Assembly (NCBI RefSeq): GCF_001194135.2
Contig: NC_068983.1
Span: forward strand, 158,302,386-158,358,553
Origin: Octopus bimaculoides
Lineage: Eukaryota
DNA: 56,168 bases
Direction: 5' to 3'
Made by a program: the position numbers and the translations under genes. A model generated the notes under the pieces. That model searched no databases and was not told the DNA's origin. It saw nothing but the letters and a program-made list of their open reading frames with translations. Shown here in pieces: positions 1 through 11,560 of the stretch. How positions within the stretch are numbered: position 1 is the first letter of the stretch; each line of letters starts with the position of its first letter.

Positions 1-51
<51 letters not shown>

Positions 52-367
52 CATATATATATATATGTGTGTGTGTGTATGTATATATTCACGCATGCAT
101 CATATGTGTGTATGTTTATGATTTGTTATGCGTATGATGCTATAAGATTAAACGTGTATATTTGTGCTTACAAATCAGTAAATACATGTGCACGCGTCTA
201 AATACGCACTCATGCGAGTACATACACACGCACATACACACACTTATATAACATCAATATTACTGTGTGTCTGTGTGTGCACATGTGTACTTGTGGTGCG
301 TAAATACATGTACATTTACGCACGTACGCATTTATGCTCACACACACGTACTTCGACATAAATGAAT

Positions 368-425
<58 letters not shown>

Positions 426-488
426 CTTTACCTCTACCTATCACTCTCTCCCCAGATTTCTTTTTCTTCTGTGCGTGTTCATCTTTCC
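1..488. repeat. Compound (TA)n/(TG)n/(CA)n microsatellites
   Basis: Directly visible dinucleotide runs at 1-80 and 370-420. Confidence 0.95.
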
Positions 489-1200
489 NNNNNNNNNNNN
501 NNNNNNNNNNNNNNNNNNNNNNNNNNNNNNNNNNNNNNNNNNNNNNNNNNNNNNNNNNNNNNNNNNNNNNNNNNNNNNNNNNNNNNNNNNNNNNNNNNNN
601 NNNNNNNNNNNNNNNNNNNNNNNNNNNNNNNNNNNNNNNNNNNNNNNNNNNNNNNNNNNNNNNNNNNNNNNNNNNNNNNNNNNNNNNNNNNNNNNNNNNN
701 NNNNNNNNNNNNNNNNNNNNNNNNNNNNNNNNNNNNNNNNNNNNNNNNNNNNNNNNNNNNNNNNNNNNNNNNNNNNNNNNNNNNNNNNNNNNNNNNNNNN
801 NNNNNNNNNNNNNNNNNNNNNNNNNNNNNNNNNNNNNNNNNNNNNNNNNNNNNNNNNNNNNNNNNNNNNNNNNNNNNNNNNNNNNNNNNNNNNNNNNNNN
901 NNNNNNNNNNNNNNNNNNNNNNNNNNNNNNNNNNNNNNNNNNNNNNNNNNNNNNNNNNNNNNNNNNNNNNNNNNNNNNNNNNNNNNNNNNNNNNNNNNNN
1001 NNNNNNNNNNNNNNNNNNNNNNNNNNNNNNNNNNNNNNNNNNNNNNNNNNNNNNNNNNNNNNNNNNNNNNNNNNNNNNNNNNNNNNNNNNNNNNNNNNNN
1101 NNNNNNNNNNNNNNNNNNNNNNNNNNNNNNNNNNNNNNNNNNNNNNNNNNNNNNNNNNNNNNNNNNNNNNNNNNNNNNNNNNNNNNNNNNNNNNNNNNNN
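489..1200. other. Assembly gap (N run)
   Basis: Continuous Ns flanked by simple repeats. Confidence 0.99.
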
Positions 1201-1280
<80 letters not shown>

Positions 1281-1519
1281 TGTATGTATATAAACACTGA
1301 TAGGCATATTAAATTATGATATATGCAGAGACAGGGGATGGCGAATAGAGGAGGAGAGAAGAGAGAAAAGAAATTCAAAAAGGAAAACGAATTGGGTTGA
1401 GTGTTTTTGCCTGTGAGAGACTGGAAACGATATATTCGTGTGCATGATTTTAAGTGGCTGTTTGTATATGTATTCGTCCTTATCTCCCTTTTTGTATGCG
1501 TTTTTTATTGTATGTATGA

Positions 1520-1552
<33 letters not shown>

Positions 1553-1826
1553 TGTATGTATGTATGCATGTATGTATGTATGTATGTATGTATGTATGTA
1601 TGTATGCATGCATGCATCTCTGCATATAGATATGTGTATGTATGTGTAAATGTATGTATGTTTGTATGTATGCGTGTGTATGTATATGTATGTTTTCCTT
1701 TATATAGTCTCACCCCCCCCCACACACATATATATATATATATATTTGTATGCATGTTTGTGTAGTTTATATTCTTGTAGGTGAATGTGTACGTTGCGTA
1801 CGCGTTGTAAATATGAGACAACTGTG

Positions 1827-1860
<34 letters not shown>
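1201..1860. repeat. (TA)n, (TATG)n and (TG)n microsatellites
   Basis: Visible runs at 1201-1290, 1520-1680 and 1828-1860. Confidence 0.95.
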
Positions 1861-1861
<1 letters not shown>

Positions 1862-2044
1862 TAACGATGACAACTTCTTCACATTTGTGCCCCTGAAAAA
1901 CCATATAATAAAAACAAAATTGAATCATTGGCATAAATAATAAAGAGTCACAGCAAATAAACCAGCCCCAACATAACATTGCTTTTGAAATACTTCACAT
2001 TATATCTCTCTATTTCTTTCATTCCCTTCTCATCCCCTTTCCCT

Positions 2045-2085
<41 letters not shown>

Positions 2086-2707
2086 TTTTATCCAATGTTA
2101 AATTATTCTTTCTCCTCGCCAGCTCGTTTAGAGTTGAAACCGTGAAGTGGGTCTTTAAGCCTTACTTGGCTTTTTCTGATTAAAACAGGAAAATAAATAA
2201 ATAAATAAACATGATAAAAGATTTTTCGTTTGATCTTTAATGTTTGGCGTATTAATAAAATTCTGTCAATATTTTTCACAATTTTCACAGTACCATTACT
2301 CATGTGGATGGTGAATCAGACACTGCATGGCGCTAGTCATATCGGGCACCCAGCCCTTCCCGCAATTTTCAAAGGAAGCAGTGTGTGAGGAATCGTAGTC
2401 GGAGCATGTTTTTAGTGACTCAGTTTTTACCATTGAAACATTGGGGAAAGGAGGATTTTTCGGCTAAAAGATATGGAAAACACATGATCAAGCAGAAAGA
2501 AAATGTTTTTTGAAGAAATGGAGACAGTGAGTGAATAACTTAAAAGGTGAGACAGAGAAAGCAAAAAATAAAACAAAATAAAATAAAAAAATGTACGAGA
2601 ATAAAATCTATATAGATGTAAAGAGAGAAAACAATGGTAAATGCAAATAAAATAAAATTTTCAGGAACTTTGAAGACAGGTTAAAAAGAAGCCTGTGGAA
2701 ACCAATC

Positions 2708-2751
<44 letters not shown>

Positions 2752-3212
2752 TAATATTCATGATGATAATGATGATGATAATGATAACAGAATAAACAAT
2801 TTTGATTAAGAAAATTAAGGTGGGAAAACTTATAAAGGAAGAAACGGAATAAAGCCATAGAATTTTTGATATTGCAAAGTGAGATGGAAAATAATATATT
2901 GGTGGAAGAGATTGTATTTTAAAGTGAGTGGGGGTACCTGAAGAGTCAACAATATTAAATTTCATCAGGTTATTATTATTTGTTGTTGTTGTTGTTGTTG
3001 TTGTTGCTGCTGTTGTTGTTCTATACTAAATCGTATCTTAAAAACAAGATCTTACAACTCATGCATAATTAGAAAGCGGAGTCTCTAGTAAAATATTAAG
3101 GTGTAAACTTTGTGCAAATCAAATGAAGAGATATAGCAGTTATTAATATCACATTGTAACCCGATTTTTATCCTTGTTTACCCCTAGAAAGTATGAAAAA
3201 TGGTTAATATGT

Positions 3213-3503
3213 CCTTCAAACTTTGCCTTTGTTACATTTATTCAAACACCAAAAAATCCCTCTCAACACATGGCTAAGATGCTCCCCCACTTCTCCTGCT
3301 TATGATCAGAGATGTACATATTGCCAGCCACAAAGGAGCATGCTCAAGCAAGTGACAAGCAAATGTTTGGTATTGAGCAGAATACTTTTGCTATAACGAT
3401 ATTTCTGCTGCAGCAATTCAGCGCTGAATCTGCCTGAAATGTAACGGAAAATAGGTAAGTTTCAAAACATTGATGTCCAGGTCATAAAAGCAAAGTTTGA
3501 AGG
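3213..3503. mobile_element. Inverted-repeat-bounded segment (MITE-like) carrying an internal piece of the TAA-flanked repeat
   Basis: ccttcaaactttgcctt (3213-3229) and aaagcaaagtttgaagg (3487-3503) are 16/17 inverted repeats. The interior 3250-3410 aligns by eye with 5570-5720. Confidence 0.45.
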
Positions 3504-3669
3504 GAATAGTAATTTCCGTTTGGTTTTTAGATAGAAGCAAATAGGAAACAACACTTACTGACCAAAGACCAAAAAAAAAAAAATTGTTGCACAATGATAA
3601 TTCGTTAAAGGAGATTCAGCAGACAGGCATCGTAGGATACTGGATTGAATGTATATCAATATTTAGCTC

Positions 3670-3850
3670 TCCTCAGCTGCCAAATATGAATTCTACCTAT
3701 AGTTCAATGGGCCAGCCTTGTCACATTCGGTGAGAACTACGTGTTAGGGGAGTGGTCAGCCACTTGCACGTTAATTTTGCGTTCAGGTTGTTCCGTTTAT
3801 AGAATTAACTGGAAACCTCTTCGCCGTAACCAACAGAGTGCCCAGCCATT
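3670..3850 (+). mobile_element. Diverged SINE body, same family as 17791-18104
   Basis: Shares gggccagccttgtcaca...gagaactacg...cacttgcacgttaattt...ctggaaacc with the 17791 copy. Confidence 0.7.
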
Positions 3851-4495
3851 TAGTTCTAGTTTTCTACGTTCAGTTCTTCGGGTCGAAAAGCTGCAATTGT
3901 AAGCTGCAGTTGTAACTGATGGGAATATATGTTTGACGTTCTTGTTGTTTGTAAATCTTTTATATCTTGTGATCTCGTTGTCTAAGAGTTTCGTGGTTTA
4001 TGAGGGTTTGTTGTTTGTATTATAACACATATTCATATTGTATGTTTGTCTTTCATTGGGAGTCTAATTATGGCTGGGATAATACTTAATTAGAGTTTCT
4101 TGCTTTGTGGGGTTTTGTTGCATGTAATTGAACGGATTCGAATAAAACTGAGGGACGAGTTTGACTGTATAAATTTTAGACTCTTAAGGAAGTATGGATA
4201 CCAAATATCTCATTTCTGAAACATCTCCGAAATTTAATGGGTTAAATTCATTAAACACTAATTTACATCAGCATCTTTTCTGATGACGTTAAATTTAGTT
4301 TAACACAGTTTAAGATGAAATCTTTGGTAATAATTTAAATTATATATTTCTGTGACAGTTCTGTTCTAAACGATAATTTTTGATATCAGGCAAAGGAAGA
4401 TTGTGAGATAAAATACATCTATTATCCACATGTAGACCGCGAAAAACTGACATGCAAAATCGCACAAGCTTTGAAGTTTAATATGTGTGTGTGCA

Positions 4496-4527
<32 letters not shown>

Positions 4528-4928
4528 CATGCGTGCGTGTGTGTAAGAATGGTGTGCATGTGTATGTATGTATGTATGTATGTATGTATGTATGTATGTA
4601 TGTATACACGATTTCCGTCCTGCTGAGATTCTAAAAATAAACTTGGCTGTTTTTCTTACCTCAAAGTATCGAATATGTTGCAAAAGAGAGGAGCTTTACG
4701 CAGTCGCCTGACCTGCATGTAGTAGCAGCTAAATCTCTCTCAAATTATACTCCATTGTCTTAATTAAGGGAACGAGTGCATTGGGTAATCTTTGCTCTTT
4801 AAAAATTGGAACGATCATGGGTTGAATGCTTTTGTTAATGGGTCTGTATTATTGACTGTTTCCACATTGTAAATTTTTTCATATTACTTGATATTCCTGT
4901 TATTCGATATTTTCACATCACTGTATAT

Positions 4929-4963
<35 letters not shown>

Positions 4964-5264
4964 TCCTTGATTAATTCTGTATTATTTATCTATTTGCAAT
5001 ATTGTTAGTTATTCCTGTATTATCGGTTATTTCTCTATTACTAGATATTTTTGAATTATTTCCTTGTTAGTTCTTATATTACTTCCTTACTATTCCTGCA
5101 TTATTTCCTTATTATTTTGTGTATGAGGAATTCCTTCAAGTAAATACTATTACAGCATTCATTATTTGTGTAGTTTACTGTATAGTATCTCTAATAATAA
5201 TTTTTTATGTTAATATTTATTGCAACATTTTTTCTTTATTTTTATATTATTCATTATTATTATT

Positions 5265-5817
5265 GAGTGAAAGAGCAGCGCATCCCATCAAAGTGACACT
5301 GGGGTATAAATATACAAAGCCCAATAAACCCATCATAACTATCCGTCTGATAAGAGTACACCAAGCACTTGCATAACAACCTTATGTGCGCGACATGGTG
5401 ATCTCATATTAAGATAAACAGCACATGACCTTGCAGGTAGAATCCAGTTAGAATTTTCTTCAGGTCGAGAAGTCCATCTCACTCAAAAGATCCCGGAATA
5501 AGGGTTGTTTAAAGATGTTGAACGAAGTACCCATGTTTCCAGAGGCGAATTATTCAAGCCTCAAAGAATTCCTCTCAGCACATGTCTATGATGCTCCCCC
5601 ACTACTTCTGCTCGTGATCAGTGATGCACATATCGTCAGCCAACCAAAGGACATGCTCAACTGGTTAAGGTCAAGCAACTGACAAGCAAATCTGTGGTAT
5701 TGAGCAGAATTTTGAGCAGAATGTTTGTATACCAAGACAAAACATGTACATGATAACACTTCTAATCAGTTAAGGTCAGAAGCCATGAGAACCAGTACCT
5801 GGTATTGAATCAGGGCA
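5265..5817 (-). mobile_element. About 550-bp non-coding interspersed repeat flanked by (TAA)n on both sides (unclassified retroposon)
   Basis: Second copy at 26912-27290 starts at the same gagtga terminus next to (TTA)n. (TTA)n lies on both flanks here. No transposase or RT motif seen. Confidence 0.75.
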
Positions 5818-6009
5818 TATTATTATTATTATTATTATTATTAGTAGTAGTAGTAATAGTTAGTTAGTTAGTTATTTCTGTATCATTAATTATTTCGTTA
5901 TTATTACAAGTTATCGCAATTATTATTTTATAAGTTAACACTGTTATTCTTCCTCTATTATTAGTTATTTCTATGCAGTCAGTTATTTCCAGACTATTAG
6001 TTGTTTAAC

Positions 6010-6325
6010 TAATTGTTTACCATGGACTGCGGCCATGCCGGGGCACTGCATCACAGTGTTTAGTCGAATAAATCGACCTCCAGTACATTTTTCGAAGTCT
6101 GGTACTCATTTGCCGAACTGCTAACTTACGTGGACTTAAACAAACCAACACCCGAGGACAAACGCAAGCCTCCACACAAACACACGACGGGTTCTCTTAA
6201 TTTCCATCAATCAAATCCACTCACAAGGCTAGAGGCAATAGTAGAAGACACTTGCCCGGTGCCACGCAGTAGGGCTGAACCCGACACCGAGCAGTTGGGA
6301 AGCAAATTTCTTACCACACAGCCAT
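6010..6325 (-). mobile_element. tRNA-derived SINE, family A
   Basis: Shares the A/B-box head (ggctgtgtggtaag...gggttcagccc) and the body gcaagtgtcttctactat with the copies at 12405, 19120, 22660 and 48125. Confidence 0.85.
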
Positions 6326-6597
6326 GCTTGCACCTAGATCAGGATTATTCAGAAATATCTATTATTTGATATTGCTGTATTATTAGTTATCGTTATTAGT
6401 TATTTCAATATTAGTTTTGCATGTATTTAATAGTTATTTTTCTACTATTAATTATTTTTGTGCCATTTGTTACTATTGTGTCAATATTTCCTAATAAGTT
6501 TCGACGTTGGTGGAATTTGAACTCAGGATGTTAAGTAAGATGAAATGCTGCCAATCGGTTTGCTCGGCATGCTAAAGATTCTGCCAGCTCACCGCCA

Positions 6598-6605
6598 TCA
6601 TCATC

Positions 6606-6654
<49 letters not shown>

Positions 6655-6673
6655 CGATGATGACGATGATGAC

Positions 6674-6708
<35 letters not shown>

Positions 6709-6738
6709 CGATGATGATGACGATGATGATGACGATGA

Positions 6739-6780
<42 letters not shown>

Positions 6781-6804
6781 TGATGATGGTGGTGGTGGTG
6801 GTGG

Positions 6805-6899
<95 letters not shown>

Positions 6900-6930
6900 G
6901 TGGTGGTGATGATGATGATGATGATGATGA
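6598..6930. repeat. (GAT)n/(GAC)n/(GGT)n trinucleotide array
   Basis: About 330 bp of trinucleotide repeat. It generates the poly-His, poly-Asp and poly-Met ORFs. Confidence 0.97.
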
Positions 6931-7144
6931 TCCTTTCTACTAAAGGCACAAGGCCTGAAATTTGGGAGGAGGGAACTACTCAATTACATTAACCCCAGTG
7001 ATTCTTGGATACTTAATTTATCGTCCCCGAAAAGATGAAAGGCAAAGTCGACCTCGGTGGAATTTGAACTCAGAACGTAGCGACGGCCGAAATACCGCTA
7101 AGCATTTCGTCCAGCCTGCTAACGATTCTGCCAGCTCACCGCCA
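6931..7144 (-). mobile_element. tRNA-related SINE, family B
   Basis: Reverse complement reads ggcggtgagctggcagaatcgttagc...gagttcaaattccaccgaggtcgac. Many copies occur in the window. Confidence 0.85.
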
Positions 7145-7169
7145 AAATTGGGGTCGATAGGACCTCCTT

Positions 7170-7892
7170 AGTCACAATAGTGACAACCTGTCAGTGTTCA
7201 ACGGCTCCATGCCTGGGATGAAGGCGAATGAACCGCGAATTGGGACTTAACTCCGGAGTAATATTTGGGTGAAGATACGCGACCAATGATGCTCACCTGT
7301 TTCTTAGTGAGAATACCAATCATGGTCTCCTACACACAGAAATGAAAAGGGAATAGGCCCAACGTATGGGTAGTAAGAGCTCTGCAGTCTTGGTTGACAG
7401 TCTTACTAGAGATGGAGTCTCGATAAAAATACCGGTTGGTGGCTAACTTTAGAACCCCTCAATGTTGAGTGAAAATGTCTAATACAAATTAATCAATCAA
7501 ATAATGGTGTTAATGAGGCTGGAACTAAAGGTGAAAGCCTTTAGCTCGGCAGATGCCCTGTGGTTGAGCAGCGCAGGCCCGGTCGTCATCCAGAGACTGC
7601 TTCTACACAAAGCCAGAGGCAGAGAAGAAGGTAGGATAAGGAAGCAAACCGAACGGTGATTGAATGCTGGATCAGGAGTGAACCCAGCAGAAGGAGATTC
7701 CGACAACGAATGAAATATAAAGGAAATTGGAATAGAGTGCCCAGTAGAACTGTTACAAAAGGTTTGCCTCCTTGGTACGGCTAGAATAACCAGATAGCTG
7801 AAAAGAGCGAACAGTGTGGTACCTCAGGCTGCAGATAGTAAGCCCGCTACGCATGCAAGACTCCAGAAGATCCAACAAAACCTGTGATAAAG
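7170..7892 (+). mobile_element. Internally deleted R4/Dong-clade non-LTR retrotransposon (5' UTR + N-terminus joined to C-terminus + 3' UTR)
   Basis: N-terminal motif PGRHPET...RRR*DKEANRTVIECWIRSEPSRRRFRQRMK is joined at about 7717 to C-terminal KEIGIECPVELLQKVCLLGTARITR*. A (TAA)n tail follows from 7895. The 5' limit is uncertain. Confidence 0.7.
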
Positions 7893-7954
7893 AGATAATA
7901 ATAATGATGATAATAATAATAATACTACTACTAATAATAATAATAATAATAACA

Positions 7955-8100
7955 ATAGTTTCAAATTTTGGGGGAGGGGATAAGTCGATTACATCGACAC
8001 CAGTGTTCAACTGGTACTTAGTTTATCGACCCAGAATGGATGTGAGGCAAAGTCGACCTCGTAGGAATTTGAACTCAAAACGGAGCAACAGGCGAAATAC
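7955..8100 (-). mobile_element. SINE family B, partial
   Basis: tttcaaattttggg...gtcgacctcgtaggaatttgaactc matches the other family B copies. Confidence 0.75.
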
Positions 8101-8296
8101 TGTACATTATTCACATTATTTACATTCAATGGATATTTGTCTTGATCGTGTTTGTTAACCCAACGTTTCAAAATAAGGTAGACGAACATCGCAAAGCTGT
8201 GACACTAGGAGATATTGATAAATCGGGTATAGCTGTTGAGTGAAGTTCAATGACTGAAACATGTTACAGAAAAAGATGAATGTGTTTAATATATAA

Positions 8297-8395
8297 NNNN
8301 NNNNNNNNNNNNNNNNNNNNNNNNNNNNNNNNNNNNNNNNNNNNNNNNNNNNNNNNNNNNNNNNNNNNNNNNNNNNNNNNNNNNNNNNNNNNNNN
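8297..8395. other. Assembly gap
   Basis: N run. Confidence 0.99.
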
Positions 8396-8435
8396 CATGA
8401 ATGTGCATGCATAAAATGTATTTGTGCGTACGTGT

Positions 8436-8475
<40 letters not shown>

Positions 8476-8519
8476 GTGTGTATTAATAATGTACATAATT
8501 CCTCATCTCTTGAATATAG

Positions 8520-8839
8520 AAGGCGAAATGCTGCTTAGTATTTCGTCCAGCGCGCTAACGATTCTGCTAGCTCGCTAATAATCCTTTCTACTAAAGGTAC
8601 AAGGCCTGGAATTTTGGGGGAGTGATCTAATCGATTACATCGACCTAAGTACACAACTGGTACTTAATTTATTGACCCCGAAAGGATGAACGGCAAAGTC
8701 GACCTCAGAACAGATGCCAAACTTAAATAAATTCTGGGGTCGATTTCTTCGACCAACCCCTTCACCGTTCAGTGCGGTGCTCCTGCATGCCTGCAGTTCA
8801 ATGACTGAAACATGCTACAGAAAAAGATGAATGTGTTTA

Positions 8840-8901
<62 letters not shown>

Positions 8902-9115
8902 ATATGTACACATACACACACATATACATACATACGTACCTACATATGTATATAAAAGAAGCGATGGGCTTCCATTCAGTTTCCGTCTACCAAATTCACT
9001 CAAAAGGCATTTGCCAGACCGGGTTCTAAAGTAGAAGATGCTGAAGGTGTCACACAATGAGACCAACCCAAAATCATGCGGTTGTTAAGCGGGCTTCTTA
9101 AAGACACAGCTATGC
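8520..9115. mobile_element. Cluster of SINE A and B fragments in both orientations with (TG)n
   Basis: B head at 8520, inverted B at 8580-8705, A tail at 8705-8815, inverted A head at 8950-9115. Confidence 0.7.
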
Positions 9116-9559
9116 CTTTTATATTAATTATTCACAGAATAATCTTTCCGATTTGAAGTGTTTAACTAATGGTTGTTGTATTTTTTTTCCTATTTCTATT
9201 TACGACACTTATTTCTGTGTGTCCCAATTTACTTAATTGAGGATTTTTCTAAAAAAGCAGTCAACACAGTTGTAGAATTATTGTCGGATACCTTTGATCA
9301 CACAGTTTCAAATAATTTACCCAATTTACTGCAATTGTAGTGCGCAGACGGGTATCTGTACTCAAGCACCCTCATGCATGAATAGTCTCTTGAGAGAATG
9401 TGTGTGTATGTGTGTGTGCGTGCGCGTTTGCGTGTGTGTGAATGTGTGGGGGGGGGGCTGCATGGGTGTGTCTGCACCGGTGCGTCTGCACACGTGTTTG
9501 TGTCTGCGTGTAAATTCACATTAAGATTTAATATGAACATTAGTGATCAGTAATTAGAT

Positions 9560-9760
9560 ATTATCAAAGCGGCGAGCTAGCAGAATAGTTAGCCCGCTTC
9601 CGTCTTCACTGTCTGAGTTCAAATCCTGCCAAGGTCGCTTCTTGCCTTTCATCCTTTCGGTGTCGATAAAATAAGTATCAGTTGAACACTGGGATCGATG
9701 AATTCAACTTACCCTTCCTCCTAAATTGCTGGCCTTGTGCCAAAATTTGAAAGCTATAAT
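9560..9760 (+). mobile_element. SINE family B
   Basis: aaagcggcgagctagcagaatagttagc...gagttcaaatcc...gccttgtgccaaaatttgaaa. Confidence 0.8.
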
Positions 9761-10328
9761 TAGGCATATATAAATACCGATTTGAACAATAAATGCACTA
9801 ACGGGAATCGAACGACGTATCTTTCGCCTATTTCTCACTTAGATTTGTGACTTTCCATCGAACTAAATTAGTGATTGTAGACTGCTGGTAAATGTGCAGG
9901 CCATCTAGCCTTCATTTGGATATAATCTAGGACAGAGACGGGGAATATTTTATTCTGGAAAGCTGTATTGAAGTCAGCCGCAATCTGACAAGGCTGCCTA
10001 CCCTCAAAAGCCTTATTCTGTTAAACCTATTATTCCATAAAGTATAATTATTTATACAACTTGAGTATTTTTTCGAAATTTTCGTCGTGTAAATTTCTAT
10101 CGTGTAAACTCACTCGTAATTACTTTAAAGAAGAATTACGAATGTAGATAAAGCAGAGTTTCTCGGCCTGTCTTTCTCACTACCCTCGAAATCTTCAAAA
10201 CAAAAGAAACAAAAAACAAAAACTTGTGCGTCCTAACACGAGCGGACAAAGTTAATAGATAAGATATATCTAAAATTAGTTTTAATTATAACTTTATTGC
10301 AAGTTTTATTCACTTGTTACTTACTTAC

Positions 10329-10396
10329 ACCCATTGTGAAGGAATTCACTTCCCAGCAAAATATTTCCACGCTGCAGAGGCGGGCGGGCGCTCCAC
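10329..10396 (-). other. Candidate exon ending in ATG-GGT (Met-Gly) before a strong donor
   Basis: On the minus strand, caag|GTGGAG...cacaATGGGT|gtaagtaag. The segment is GC-rich but could be part of an unrecognised repeat. Confidence 0.2.
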
Positions 10397-10557
10397 CTTG
10401 AGATAAGAAGTAAAGTGTTTCTAAAATTCGCAATTTCTTAAAAAGACAGCGTTTAAATAAAATTGAACAAAATATATTCCTATATACAGATTTACCCCTC
10501 AGAAGTAGTGATTATTTCAGGAGGCTGCAGTATTTCAAGAGTGAGCAGTATTACTTC

Positions 10558-10720
10558 AATCTTCTTCTTTAGGTGCAATGTCCACAATGTATGACATAGG
10601 CGATCATGTCCTGCCATAATTCTCTGTTGTTTGTTTTTTGTAACAGTTCCACTTCCTGATGTTTAAGGCCTCTTTCTTCTAACTAGTTCAGTAAGCATGA
10701 CATCCATCTCATTACTTCAA
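10558..10720 (-). mobile_element. RTE-clade LINE 3' end
   Basis: Translation WMSCLLN*LEERG...ELLQKTNNRELWQDMIAYVIHCGHCT* followed by an (AAG)n tail, typical of RTE C-termini. Confidence 0.7.
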
Positions 10721-11119
10721 TGTGAACTTTCAATAAGCTTTCTTGAAGGTCAGCAACTAACCAAATAGGCTAAAGTGTTTTCTAGCTGCGATGGGGATTC
10801 ATCCGAGATTACGAAACCTAAAATTAGTTATAACTTTGGGAGTGCTTATTGTTTGCTGTTTATTTGAAGAAAGCAGTTAATGCAACAGTTTCATAGTGGT
10901 TCTTTGTTCATAGATTAAGCATTATGTTTGACGTGTGGTGTTAAGCTGGTTTATGAATGACAGCTGTGTGTAGACATTTGACTAGGAGTGAAGGGTAATA
11001 TCATCCCTTTAGGAATGTTAGGTGTTTGAAATAACAGCAAATGATTAACAAAATTATAGTTGTTGGTACATATTATAATAGGGTTGTCTGGTTTGAAACT
11101 TTCAGTCCATGAGATGAGA

Positions 11120-11560
11120 GGCAATGAACCCCATGCACTGATAATAGACAGACATAAGGTTTGCTGATGTTAAATGCAACGCCACGGCTTTCTCCAAAAT
11201 TCAAAAGGATGAAGAAGTGCTGGTGCAACATTGCACGCTCCAATAAATCTTGTTCTCCTGAAGTCGTAATCGTGATGATGGAGGTGGAAACGAGGCCAAA
11301 AGTTTTGAAAGAAGTGGTTGTTTAAGAATGCTTTCATGGCCTTTGAGATGTTGCATTAGAGATCAACAACTAGGAAGTCGGGTAAGAACAGAACGTTGCG
11401 CTTCATGAGGACGCGATGCATTGTAGTATGTTTTTAAAGATTGGGACAAATGTCTGTAGGAAGCGAACGACTGAAGAGTTTGGTCAAGATATGAACAAGT
11501 ATGTAAAGCACTGATTAAGGATAATAAAAGGAGCATTATCAGTACTGTGTGGTCTTCTTG
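11120..11560 (-). mobile_element. Decayed CR1/Jockey-group reverse transcriptase fragment
   Basis: FGESRGVAFNISK resembles the RT motif FGESxxVALDISKAFD. Upstream ISKAMKAFLNNH and YDFRRT are collinear with RT domains 1-2. Confidence 0.55.

Noticed and set aside
210-1979. Long ORFs rich in HT, YI, CV and X
   Set aside because: Translations of dinucleotide and tetranucleotide microsatellites and N gaps. The same applies to the ORFs at 37144-38089 and 40859-41477.
2103-2178. Possible minus-strand terminal exon (KSQVRLKDPLHGFNSKRAGEEKE*)
   Set aside because: The acceptor is good, but there is no recognisable homology and no linked upstream exon. The frame cannot be determined.
6531-6992. Poly-His, poly-Asp, poly-Met and poly-Ile ORFs
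   Set aside because: All frames of one (GAT)n array bounded by SINE fragments. No splice or domain context.
8240-8845. Apparent ~55-bp direct repeat (8243-8296 vs about 8795-8848)
   Set aside because: The copies flank an N gap and differ by one base. Most likely an uncollapsed haplotype or scaffolding overlap.
9931-10047. LRR-like peptide (LTRLPTLKSLILLN)
   Set aside because: Only a single repeat-like match, with a weak acceptor and no neighbouring LRR exons. Chance is likely.
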